DNA of 63,577 nucleotides, filler included, from Deltaproteobacteria bacterium (GTDB taxonomy: Bacteria > Myxococcota > JACRCW01), in assembly GCA_016218805.1 (NCBI GenBank). It is 4 parts of 4 records of this genome, joined end to end, with 100 filler letters (N's around TTAATTAATTAA, not from the genome) between each part and the next. Parts side by side here need not be neighbours in the genome. Positions count along the whole stretch, not along the records: positions 1 to 29,083 come from JACRCW010000069.1; 3 more parts are not named here. One strand, written 5' to 3'. Positions 19,712-28,372 of the stretch are shown piece by piece (the stretch's first letter is position 1; each line of letters begins with the position of its first letter). The notes beneath the pieces were generated by a model. That model was given only the letters and a program-made list of their open reading frames with translations. It made no database searches and was not told the origin of the DNA. The translations under genes and the position numbers were made by a program.

Positions 19712-19862
19712 CGGAGCGCCTCCGCAAGCGGCGTGGTTTTGTCGCCGGGGCAAGGCGCACTGGTCAAGGCCGCGGCCCGTGGCCCCCGGCCCCCGCCGCC
19801 GGGACCGACGCGCCCACGCCGACAGGTGTAGGGTGCGGGCGACTGTGTGACCGGAGCTGCCC

Positions 19863-21383
19863 ATGCGCGCTGTCCGACTTTCGACGGTGGTTCTGGGCGC
19901 TGCGCTGCTGGCCCAGGGGGTGGGCGGCGCGGTGGCTTGGGGGGACGGCGGCGCGGTGACGGCGGAGGCCCGCCCCGCTGACGCCGCGCCGGTGGCCTAC
20001 CATGAAGACGTGGCGTTCCACCTGTTCCTCCCCGCCGGAGCGCGGACGGCGCAGCAGCGGGCGCGGGACGCCAGCCGGGCCCTGGCGGCGGCGCTGGACG
20101 CCCCGGTGTCCGCGGAACCCGCCGCGCCGGACGCGGACGTGGCCGTCACGGAGGCGGGCGGCCAGGTCCGTGTGCGCGGCTACCTGGTGACGGCCGTCTC
20201 CGTGGAGGACGCGCTGGCGGCGGGCTTCCCGGACCTGCAGACCTACGCCGAGCACCTGGAGACGCGCCTCACCGACTACGTGCCCGCGCAGCTGCGCCGC
20301 GAGTCACTGCAGCAGACGGCGCTGCACCTGTTTGTGACGGTGTTCCTGGGCCTGCTCACGCTGCTGGCGCTGAAGCAGGTGGCCCGTGCGCTGGCGCGGG
20401 CGGACAGCGTGCTGGAGGCCCGGCGCGGGGTGATTGGGGCGCTGTCAGTGTTTGGCGTTCCCGTCATGGGCGGCGAAGCCGTGGGCGGCCTGCTGGCCCT
20501 GCTGCTGGCCGTGGGCCGCTGGCTGGCCTACGGCGCCACGCTGGTGACCGGCCTGGCGGCCATGATGAGCCAGTTCCCGCAGTCCCGCCGGTGGATGGAG
20601 CTGGGGGCGGGCGCGCTGCTGGATGCGGTGCTCAAGGGGGCGCAGGCGGTGGTGGGCGCGGTGCCGTCCGTCCTGCTGGCGCTGCTGCTGCTGCTGCTGC
20701 TGCAAGCGGCGCTGCGCGTGACGCACGTGCTGCTGGATGAAGTGCAGCAGGGGCGCGTGCCGTGGTCGGGCGTGTCCGCGGACCGCGCGCCGCTGGTGCG
20801 GACGTTGCTGCGGGTGGCGCTTATCCTCGTCGTGGTCCCGCTGGTGGTGGCCGCCGCGTTTGGGCGGTTTGGCACGCCGCTGGAGACGCTGGCGCTGTGG
20901 TCCGGCGGCGCGGTGTTGCTGGCGGCGGTGCCGCTGCTGGCGTCTGTCCTCGTGGGGGGAGCGCTGCTGTGGCGGCGCGCGCTGCGCTTCGGCGAATGGG
21001 TTGAAGTGGGCGGCCGGCGCGGGGAGGTGGCGGGCATCGGGCTGCTGGAACTGGTGCTGGTCCCGGAGGAAGGCGGGGCGGTGAGCGTCCCCACGCTGTC
21101 GCTCCTGTGGCGCCCGGTCCACCGCCTGCCGGCGCCGCGCGGGTGGCTCGCTCTCGTCGTGGACGCCACGCGGCCGGTCCGCGCGCAGGTGGACGCGCTG
21201 CGGACGCTGGCGTCGGGGATTGCCCCGGACGTGCAGGTCACCGTGGAGGGCCTGGCGGAGGACGCCGCCACGCTGCGGGTGAGCTGGCAGGGCGCGGACC
21301 CCCGCACGCGCTCCGCCATCCTGCTGGCGGTGTCCGAGGCCGGGCGTGACGGCGCGGTCCGCCTGGCAAGGCCCGCGGGATGA
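19863..21383 (+). CDS. MscS-like mechanosensitive channel family protein with periplasmic N-domain
   Basis: Signal peptide, several TMs, LRFGEWVEVGGRRGEV..IG...L...EGGAVSVP MscS beta-domain pattern. Confidence 0.7.
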   Translation: MRAVRLSTVVLGAALLAQGVGGAVAWGDGGAVTAEARPADAAPVAYHEDVAFHLFLPAGARTAQQRARDASRALAAALDAPVSAEPAAPDADVAVTEAGGQVRVRGYLVTAVSVEDALAAGFPDLQTYAEHLETRLTDYVPAQLRRESLQQTALHLFVTVFLGLLTLLALKQVARALARADSVLEARRGVIGALSVFGVPVMGGEAVGGLLALLLAVGRWLAYGATLVTGLAAMMSQFPQSRRWMELGAGALLDAVLKGAQAVVGAVPSVLLALLLLLLLQAALRVTHVLLDEVQQGRVPWSGVSADRAPLVRTLLRVALILVVVPLVVAAAFGRFGTPLETLALWSGGAVLLAAVPLLASVLVGGALLWRRALRFGEWVEVGGRRGEVAGIGLLELVLVPEEGGAVSVPTLSLLWRPVHRLPAPRGWLALVVDATRPVRAQVDALRTLASGIAPDVQVTVEGLAEDAATLRVSWQGADPRTRSAILLAVSEAGRDGAVRLARPAG

Positions 21384-22615
21384 CCGCCACGCTGATCCTG
21401 CTCGCGCTGCTGAGCGTGGGCGCGCTGGCGTCGCGGCGGGGCGGCGGCCTGGCGCTGTTCAACGCGGCGGCCGCGCCCGTGTTCCTGGCCGCCGGGTTTG
21501 TCCTGTCCCCCGGCGTGCTCGGCTTCCTGCGCCCGTCCATGGTGCAGGCTCTTTCGCCGGCGCTGGCCGTGGCGGTGTGCTGGCTGGCGCTGCTGCTGGG
21601 CCTGCGCGCCGCGCCACCCACGCCGGGCACGCGCGCGCGCTGCGCCGCCCTGCTGGCCGCGGACGTCCTGCTGGCCACCACGGCCGGCGCGGTGGCGCTG
21701 GCCGCGGGCACGGGCCTGTTGTGGACGGCAGGCGCCCTGCCCCCGGTGATGGACGACGCGTGGCATCATGCCGCCCCGGCGGCGCTGGCGTTCCCGTGGC
21801 TGGCCGCCGCGCTGCTATCCGGCACCAGCCGCACCGCCGTGGAGGCCCGCCTGCCGGCGCTGGACGAACGCGCCCACGGCCCCGCGCGCTTCATCTCCCG
21901 GCACGACGCCGTGCTGGCGGCGCTGTCGCTGCTGGCCGCACCGCTGTTGGCCCCGGGCGCGGATCCGCGCAGCGCACTGGCTGCCATGGGGGATGTGCTG
22001 GGCCTGGGGCTGCTGCTGGCGCTGGCGGCGGTGCTGTTCGGCGCGCGCCGGGAGCGCGGTGGCCAGGCGGTCCTCGTCATCGCGGCGTGCGCGGTGATCG
22101 CGGCGGGCGCCGGGGACCGCGCCGCCGCACCGCCGGCGGTGTCCGCGCTCATAGCGGGGGCGGTGCTGGCGGCGGTGGGCGTGGGGACGCGCGTGGTGGC
22201 ACGCGAGGGCGGCGCCCACCTGGACCGCCCCGTGCTCGTAGCGACGACGTTTCTCGCCGGCGCGGTGTGGACGCCCGGGTTGGCGGTGATCGCGCTTGGC
22301 GTGGCGCTGGCGGCGGGGCGGCTGGTGGGCAAGACGCTCGCGTCCCGCCTGCTCTCCGCCAGCACCGGCGTGCCGGTGCGCCCCGGCGTGCTGCTCCCCT
22401 GCAGCGGCCTGGCCGTGCCATTTGCCCTGGCGCTGCACCTCGCGCGGCCTGCGGACGAAGTGACCTCGCTGGTGTTCGGGGCCGTCATCGTCGCGGTGCT
22501 GGTGACGGACACGGCGGGGTTTGCGTGGGACTTTGGCGAATGGATGCGTGGCGCCGCCGCGCGCGCGCGCACCCGCCCGCGGATGCCCGCGGTCACCAAC
22601 GGGGCGGCCCCGTGA
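21380..22615 (+). CDS. Polytopic membrane protein, possibly a divergent cation/H+ exchanger
   Basis: About 12 hydrophobic segments, GRLVGK motif, ATGA overlap with the MscS-like gene. Confidence 0.5.
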   Translation: MTATLILLALLSVGALASRRGGGLALFNAAAAPVFLAAGFVLSPGVLGFLRPSMVQALSPALAVAVCWLALLLGLRAAPPTPGTRARCAALLAADVLLATTAGAVALAAGTGLLWTAGALPPVMDDAWHHAAPAALAFPWLAAALLSGTSRTAVEARLPALDERAHGPARFISRHDAVLAALSLLAAPLLAPGADPRSALAAMGDVLGLGLLLALAAVLFGARRERGGQAVLVIAACAVIAAGAGDRAAAPPAVSALIAGAVLAAVGVGTRVVAREGGAHLDRPVLVATTFLAGAVWTPGLAVIALGVALAAGRLVGKTLASRLLSASTGVPVRPGVLLPCSGLAVPFALALHLARPADEVTSLVFGAVIVAVLVTDTAGFAWDFGEWMRGAAARARTRPRMPAVTNGAAP

Positions 22616-22657
22616 CGCGCCGGCGGGACCGCCGCGTAGGCACGTCAAACCGCTGCG

Positions 22658-23092
22658 TCAGGCTTCCTGGTGCGTGTGCACGCGGCGCGTGAGCTTCTGC
22701 GTCTCCACCGCCTGGCGCACCTGGTTGGCCATGGATTCAACACCCTTGAGGCCGGGAATCTCCAGCGTGACCTGCCCGCGGTCTGACGACGTCACCACCA
22801 GCCGGCCACAGCCCACCAGCCGCTCCAGGAAGGGTTCGCGCAGCTGCATGTCCGTGACGCGGTAGAGTTCCAGCGTGTCCGTGGTGCGTCCCAGCAGGCC
22901 GCGCTTGATGGTGATGCGCTCGCTGGTGATGCGGACGCGCAGCGCGGCTGCCTTGGCCCAGAAGTACACGCCAGCCAGGCCCAGCGTGAGGACCGCCAGC
23001 AGCCAGCGCCCCGCGCTGTAGAGCGCAACGGGCCGCCCCTCAAAGATCACGCGTTCCGGTTCGGCGGCGGTGGCAGCAGCGGGGCTGGACAT
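22658..23092 (-). CDS. Bacterial PH-domain (bPH_2-like) membrane protein
   Basis: RITSERITIKRGLLGRTTDTLELYRVTDMQLREPFLERLVGCGRL pattern. Confidence 0.8.
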   Translation of the reverse strand: MSSPAAATAAEPERVIFEGRPVALYSAGRWLLAVLTLGLAGVYFWAKAAALRVRITSERITIKRGLLGRTTDTLELYRVTDMQLREPFLERLVGCGRLVVTSSDRGQVTLEIPGLKGVESMANQVRQAVETQKLTRRVHTHQEA

Positions 23093-23215
23093 GGGCGGGC
23101 TCTCCGTGACGGCCTGCGGACCATCCCGCGCGGGGCGCGGCACGGGCAACCGCACGCCGGCCCGCGCCCGGGAGAGCCCGCGGGCCCCCGATGCCGCCGC
23201 GTGGCCTGACGTTTG

Positions 23216-23878
23216 TCATCCGCCAGCGGGGTGCACGCGCAGCGCGTTCACAATGAGGTCCGCAAACATGGCCGCCGTCGCGTCGTCATTGCCGCGGGGA
23301 CGCCCCAGCAGCCCGGCCAGCGTGCGGTTGCCCAGCGCCGTACCCGGGGCGCCGATGAGGAAGAACAGGACGTGCCAGGGCACCGGCCGGAGCACGCCGT
23401 CGTGCACCAGCGCGGTGATGACGGGCGTCAGTTTCAGGGTGAACGGTTGCAGGTACCGCTCAAAGATGTACATCAGGCGCGGCGAGTTGCGCGCGCCCTC
23501 AAACGTCAGCATCAGGTGCAACTGCGGCCGCGGGCCCGTATACCCCGCGATATGCCGGACCACCGCCCGCAGGCGCTCAAGTTCGTCGGCCGCGGGGGCA
23601 GCGAGGATCGCGTCAATACCCTCTTCCACTGAACGGAGCGAGTCGTCGACGACGGCGCGCCAGAAACCGTCCTTGCTGCCGTAGCGGTCGTGGATGAAAT
23701 TGTGGCTCACCCCCAGGATCTGGGCCAGGTCCCGGACTGACGTTCCGTCAAACCCGCGTTCGGCAAACGCAGACAGACCACGCGCCATGATCTCCGCGTC
23801 GGGTGGGATGGCCGCCGCTGCGGTTGGCCGCCCCGGCCGGCGCACCGGCTTTGCCTTGCCTTTCTTCCTCGTCGCCAC
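23216..23878 (-). CDS. TetR/AcrR family transcriptional regulator
   Basis: RPGRP...FAERGFDGTSVRDLAQILGVSHNFIHDRYGSKDGFW; start GTG 23878 inferred. Confidence 0.9.
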   Translation of the reverse strand: MATRKKGKAKPVRRPGRPTAAAAIPPDAEIMARGLSAFAERGFDGTSVRDLAQILGVSHNFIHDRYGSKDGFWRAVVDDSLRSVEEGIDAILAAPAADELERLRAVVRHIAGYTGPRPQLHLMLTFEGARNSPRLMYIFERYLQPFTLKLTPVITALVHDGVLRPVPWHVLFFLIGAPGTALGNRTLAGLLGRPRGNDDATAAMFADLIVNALRVHPAGG

Positions 23879-23966
23879 GCTTCTCTTAGACCGCGGATCC
23901 GCCGGCGCCACAAGGCCTGCGGGACCCGCGCCGCAGGGCTTGCGCTTCTCCGCGCCGGTCTGTAAT

Positions 23967-23980
23967 CTGACACGTGTCAG
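23967..23980. promoter_or_regulatory. Candidate TetR operator
   Basis: Perfect 14-bp palindrome CTGACACGTGTCAG between the divergent tetR and 23999 genes. Confidence 0.6.
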
Positions 23981-23998
23981 GAAAGACAGGCCAGGAGG

Positions 23999-24769
23999 AT
24001 GCACGTGCCAGCAACTGTGGATGATGGGCGCCTGCAGGGCCACGCGGTCCTCACCGTTCGTGACCGGCGGCCCCAGCTGCTCGCCGCGCTTTCCGTCTTC
24101 GAATCGGCCGTGGTGGCTGCCGTGGACGGCGTCCGCGACAATGATGACGTCGCTGCGGCCGTCGGCGTCGGCGTGGATGACCTGCGCATTGCGCTTGTTG
24201 CGCTGCTGCACAAGGGCGTGCTCGGAGGTGCCAGCGCGCGCCCCGCGCTGCGCGTGGCGCCCGCGGCCACCGGCGCCGCCGCACGGCGGGAAGCGCCACC
24301 CCAGGCGCCCGCCCGTGATGACCGCCAGGCTGCGCTCATCTTCCAGGCCGCGTCGCTGCGGGCGCTGCGCCACGGGAACGTCCGCGAAGCCCGCGCGCTG
24401 GCGGAACAGGCCGCCGCCGCGGCACCCGGCGTCACCAGCCACCCGGGACTGCTCAAGAGCTGGGACGAGCACGTGGGGCGTCAGCTGGGCGCCGAACTCC
24501 GCGGCCAGGCCCGCGTGGAGGTGGTGCACGCGTGGGTAGCAGCCAACCCCGCCAGCGCCGCCGGCTGGAACCTGCTGGCTACGCTGCTGGAGACGGAGGA
24601 TGTCGCCGCCGCCGCGGACGCGGCGGCGCGCGCCGCCGAGCTGGCACCCACGCCACTGCACCAACAGCGGGCGCGGACGCTGGCGGCACGCGCCGGGCGC
24701 GGCGCGTGGCTCGGGCGCCTCAAGGCAGTGTTCGCGCCCGAACCGAAGGCCGCGCGGGGACGGCGCTGA
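23999..24769 (+). CDS. Hypothetical protein with C-terminal TPR-like repeats
   Basis: AGGAGG before ATG; ANPASAAGWNLLATLL...AAELAP TPR-like segment. Confidence 0.65.
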   Translation: MHVPATVDDGRLQGHAVLTVRDRRPQLLAALSVFESAVVAAVDGVRDNDDVAAAVGVGVDDLRIALVALLHKGVLGGASARPALRVAPAATGAAARREAPPQAPARDDRQAALIFQAASLRALRHGNVREARALAEQAAAAAPGVTSHPGLLKSWDEHVGRQLGAELRGQARVEVVHAWVAANPASAAGWNLLATLLETEDVAAAADAAARAAELAPTPLHQQRARTLAARAGRGAWLGRLKAVFAPEPKAARGRR

Positions 24770-24960
24770 CCGCGTAGGGCCCGGTGCCCAAGGTGCCCAA
24801 GGCGGACGGGTTGGCGCTCCACGCCCTTGTGACCCCCGCCCGCGGGCCTGCCGCCAGTCTGCCGCGTGACCCCATGGCCACGGGCGACAGCACCGACGTC
24901 GTGAGAACAGCGTGAAAGCACATCGCGCGATGACGACGAGGTTTGTGGGGCGACGGACCC

Positions 24961-24989
24961 AAAAAAAAGCCCCGGGGTTACCGGGGCTT
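24961..24989 (-). terminator. Rho-independent terminator of the original tRNA locus
   Basis: Minus strand AAGCCCCGG-TAAC-CCCGGGGCTTTTTTTT immediately after a CCA end. Confidence 0.88.
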
Positions 24990-24992
24990 GAC

Positions 24993-25017
24993 TGGCGGGG
25001 TGGACGGGACTCGAACC
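24993..25017 (-). other. Displaced tRNA 3' fragment (tRNA-Asp-like), att-site core
   Basis: Minus strand GGTTCGAGTCCCGTCCACCCCGCCA: T-loop, acceptor 3' strand, G discriminator, CCA; upstream bases break the T-stem and no D or anticodon arms are seen. Confidence 0.85.
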
Positions 25018-25158
25018 TCGCGCAGGGAGCGGCGTAATAGGCTGATTCTGAACACGTTTCCCACCTTGGGCGCAGCATTGGATTGTCGTTCTGCAGCGGG
25101 CGTTGTCGTCGGGGCGCACATTGGTGAAAGGCAGGTCCCTCGAAGACAATGCGGCCCT

Positions 25159-26283
25159 TCACCGGCCACGTCGCCCCTCAATGACGCGAGCAATGACCCG
25201 CGCCATGGTTTCTTCGCGAGCGTACATGCCTGCGAAGTCAGGCCCGCCATCGCCGGCCACCAACAAGGCCGGGACGGTCAGCGCACCGAGTGCCGCCATC
25301 TCCTCGGTTAGCGGGTCGCCCCCCGAAGCATTTCGGGCGACGCGCGCAATGGACCCGGCGAGAAGATCAGCGGCCTGTAGGCACACCTCGTCGTTCGACC
25401 GCACGAACGTGAGGCACTCAAGGTTGCGAAGCAGTTGGCGGTGGCGCAGGCCGTCTTCAAGGAACAGGTCCGGGGCGGGTGTGCCCGGCCGCCGCATCGC
25501 CGCGACGGCGTGTTCAATCACCGGGCGGAACTGCGACGTCTCGTCGTGGACCACGCTGTAGGTGCCCTTTGAGTCCATCAGAACGTCAGCACGCCGAAGG
25601 AGGTGGCCCAGCGCCGGCACATTCAGACTTGCCCATTGGGCGTGCGTCCCATCTCGGTCGTAGGTTTCCTGCTCCACCAGGTTTGGAAGGTCGGTGGTGG
25701 CGGCCAGGAATGTGTGGGCCAACATCCACAGGCTCGCGTTCAACAACTCCTGTGCAACGTGTTCAACCGTGTTCTGAAAACCCGTGACGTCGGGAGTGTG
25801 GTAGCACGCGGCGAAGTCCCGCAGGGCGGACTCGGACAGGACGTCCGACAACAACTCCACCAAGCCCGTTCGTCGTTTCACCGCGCTGGTCGGTAACCAC
25901 GCAGCCCCCGGGTTGTGTTCAGGATCCAAGAACACGTCGACGAGTTTGCCCGCCACCGAGAACCACTTGTCCATTACGATGAACAAGGGCACCGCCCCGG
26001 CTTTTCCAACTGCCTTGATGATGTCCACCGCGCGCCGTTGGCCAGCGGGCCGCCGGAGAATGCGCTCGGCCTTGAGTTCAACCTCGCCCGGTCGGAGAAA
26101 TGCTTGAATTGCCCGCCGCATCTCCGGAACCCGTGACGCTTGAATGAGGAACCCTGCGGACACGTAGAACGGCTGCGCCGCATCCAAGTAGTTGACGCCG
26201 GAGTTCCCTGACTCGTCGACGAACAGGAACGCGGCAGGTGGCACGTGGGCGCTCCAAACGTGCGGCGGGCAAGGCCGGGTCAC
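25159..26283 (-). CDS. DUF3800-domain protein (RNase H-like fold, putative nuclease)
   Basis: N-terminal LFVDESGN..N......PFY and C-terminal S....LQAADLLAG; GTG 26283 overlaps the XRE stop (GTGA); alternative start 26244. Confidence 0.8.
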   Translation of the reverse strand: MTRPCPPHVWSAHVPPAAFLFVDESGNSGVNYLDAAQPFYVSAGFLIQASRVPEMRRAIQAFLRPGEVELKAERILRRPAGQRRAVDIIKAVGKAGAVPLFIVMDKWFSVAGKLVDVFLDPEHNPGAAWLPTSAVKRRTGLVELLSDVLSESALRDFAACYHTPDVTGFQNTVEHVAQELLNASLWMLAHTFLAATTDLPNLVEQETYDRDGTHAQWASLNVPALGHLLRRADVLMDSKGTYSVVHDETSQFRPVIEHAVAAMRRPGTPAPDLFLEDGLRHRQLLRNLECLTFVRSNDEVCLQAADLLAGSIARVARNASGGDPLTEEMAALGALTVPALLVAGDGGPDFAGMYAREETMARVIARVIEGRRGR

Positions 26284-26669
26284 TTCCCCTTCATCAAGAG
26301 CAGAATCACGGCCGCCAAGGCCGCGCCGGACAACGCGATGGCAGCGCCGTCCGGGCCCTTCGGTTTCGCCGGGACAGGCAGCGTCCCTGCTTTCCACTGT
26401 TCGTACAACTGCCACTGCCACTGCTCCGCCGCGGCCAGCAGTTGGCTCGCGGTCACGCTCGTTCCGGTCTGGCTCAGCGCGTTCGCGATCCGCTGGAGGG
26501 TGTCAACGCCAATGTCACCTTGAATGCCCCTCTCGATCTTGGAGAGGGCCATGGGGTGAATGCCAGCGGCCTGGGCGAGTTGGGTCTGCGTGTGGCCGCG
26601 CGCGGTGCGCTCCGTGTGAATGACAGCACCCAAGACGGTGGGCAGGCGGACTTGGAATGGCAGATCCAC
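26280..26669 (-). CDS. XRE-family HTH regulator with hydrophobic C-terminal tail
   Basis: RTARGHTQTQLAQAAGIHPMALSKIERG...TLQRIANAL; ends AAIALSGAALAAVILLLMKGK. Confidence 0.85.
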   Translation of the reverse strand: MDLPFQVRLPTVLGAVIHTERTARGHTQTQLAQAAGIHPMALSKIERGIQGDIGVDTLQRIANALSQTGTSVTASQLLAAAEQWQWQLYEQWKAGTLPVPAKPKGPDGAAIALSGAALAAVILLLMKGK

Positions 26670-26674
26670 GCAAC

Positions 26675-26690
26675 TAACCCCACAGGGTTA
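26675..26690. promoter_or_regulatory. Candidate XRE operator
   Basis: TAACCC-CACA-GGGTTA inverted repeat in the 64-bp divergent gap. Confidence 0.5.
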
Positions 26691-26733
26691 CAGAAAACCA
26701 ATACGGTCAATCAAGGCCACTGGAGGTTATCAC

Positions 26734-27330
26734 ATGTCTGGAAAGGACGTCCTGAAGTTGTTTCTTCTGGCAGCCATCATTGGCGGCGGCGTCAGCGCTG
26801 CCGCAGCCGGCGCAGAGCGCAGGCGAAGGGTCTGGAACACGCTCAAGGACTTCGGGACCCGCGTCCACGAGTTCAACGCGCGGTTCCTCGTCGCCATGCG
26901 GTCCAACTGGCCCGCATGGAGCTGGGCCCCCAGCGAATACTGGGCTCTTGCGAGGAGGGACCCCGCCGCGGCAGTCCAAAGGATCGTCAGGGATGTCCAC
27001 GAGGCGGTGGCGTGGACACCCGACGAAGTGACCAGCGGAGAATCCGAGTATTGGCAATCCCCCGTCGTCACCGCGAGCACAGGCCGCGGGGACTGCGAGG
27101 ACATGGCGATGCTGGCGCTTGATCGCCTCCAGGGCGCCGGGTTTGACCAATTCCGGGTAGTGGTGGGCACGTACAAGGGCGGGGGGCACGCGTGGTTGGA
27201 GACCGAGGACGGCTCCGTGTTCGCTGACCCGACGGCGGGAACCGTCTTTGGCGGCCGACCCTCCCAGTACGAACCGGCGATCTGGCTTGGCGGGGAACGC
27301 CCCTTGGTTCGGGCTGGCCTGCTGGCTTGA
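26734..27330 (+). CDS. Transglutaminase-like (BTLCP/LapG-like) cysteine peptidase with N-terminal hydrophobic segment
   Basis: EYWQSP...GRGDCEDMA, GHAWL, ADPT triad; GGAGG RBS. Confidence 0.8.
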   Translation: MSGKDVLKLFLLAAIIGGGVSAAAAGAERRRRVWNTLKDFGTRVHEFNARFLVAMRSNWPAWSWAPSEYWALARRDPAAAVQRIVRDVHEAVAWTPDEVTSGESEYWQSPVVTASTGRGDCEDMAMLALDRLQGAGFDQFRVVVGTYKGGGHAWLETEDGSVFADPTAGTVFGGRPSQYEPAIWLGGERPLVRAGLLA

Positions 27331-27421
27331 AGCGGGCGGGGAGACGCGCACGGGCAGCGTTCGCCCGCCGGGCGTGTTTCAATACTGCTCATGCTCAAGG
27401 CACACAATACTTTACAAATTT

Positions 27422-27457
27422 AAATCAAACTGTTGATTTCAATCAATGTTCATGAAC
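27422..27457. promoter_or_regulatory. Cluster of palindromic protein-binding sites (IHF-like on both strands; overlapping FNR-like box)
   Basis: AAATCAA-ACTG-TTGATTT (27422-27439) fits WATCAAN4TTR both ways; TTGAT-TTCA-ATCAA (27433-27446); GTTCATGAAC (27448-27457). Confidence 0.55.
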
Positions 27458-27985
27458 CACTGCTGTGATTTTGGCCCCCGTGGAGACCATTGAAAAAGAG
27501 CGGATCACCTCCGCTCCGAGAAGGGGCTTTCAACGCGCCAAGACAACGCGGCGCGCATGGAGGCCACGATGGTCCAAGAGCAACCCGCCGGGAGCCCCGC
27601 GCAGTCGCACGCAGTCTTCCTCATTTTCATTTCCAGGTCCTCGTGGCGCGAGGAGTCCACGTCCCACCATGGCCACCATTCGGCCAGCGGGACCGACGTC
27701 TCGCCCGGCGAAGGGGGCAGCCTGTGCGCGGGGCACAGCACGCAACCTGGGCCGACACGGGTCCGGAGTTGGCTGCCGCCACGTGCTTGGCGACTCCGAC
27801 GCGGGCGAACCGGGTTCCGGCGAGTTGAAAGCAGATCTCGTCGCCACGCCCGGTCCATCAACGGTTGGGTTGCGGGCGATTTCACTTTACTGAACACTAG
27901 TTCAGTCACGAGGATCTCCAAAGGCCTGTGCGCGGGGCTCAGGGTCTTTCCTGACTTTCCGACGCCACGGCGGGAGGTCAGCCAC

Positions 27986-28372
27986 GTGACCAAGCAATCC
28001 AAGAAGACGAAGAAGACCGCGAAGCCCACCACGAAGCAGGCGAAGGCCAAGAGGCGCGGCCGGCGCACAGCAACAACCGTGGTCGCCGCGCTGCTCTCTC
28101 CGCCGGACCTCGCGGCTCGCGTCGCCGGCCTGGTGGGCGCCGCGCCAATTGAGGCGCAACCGAAGGGCGGGAACGACGCGCCACGTTCCGGCGCGCACCC
28201 GAAGCACCCACCCTGCCCCCGCTGCGGCCGCGCCCTCTACAAGAGCATGACGCCGAAGGCGGTGAAGAAGTCCGACCCGTGGGCTTGGTGCCGGAACCCG
28301 GCGTGCGCGGCGCACAACGTCGACCAATCCGCAACCACGGCCGCGACAGCCAACGCGGGAGGTACGCCATGA
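27986..28372 (+). CDS. Small Lys-rich protein with C4 zinc-finger-like motif
   Basis: GGGAGG RBS, GTG start; CPRC...WCRNPAC; ATGA overlap with the recombinase gene. Confidence 0.65.
   Translation: MTKQSKKTKKTAKPTTKQAKAKRRGRRTATTVVAALLSPPDLAARVAGLVGAAPIEAQPKGGNDAPRSGAHPKHPPCPRCGRALYKSMTPKAVKKSDPWAWCRNPACAAHNVDQSATTAATANAGGTP

Noticed and set aside
24993..25070. Complete tRNA gene
   Set aside because: Only the last 25 nt match; the T-stem 5' strand mispairs and no D or anticodon arm can be formed.
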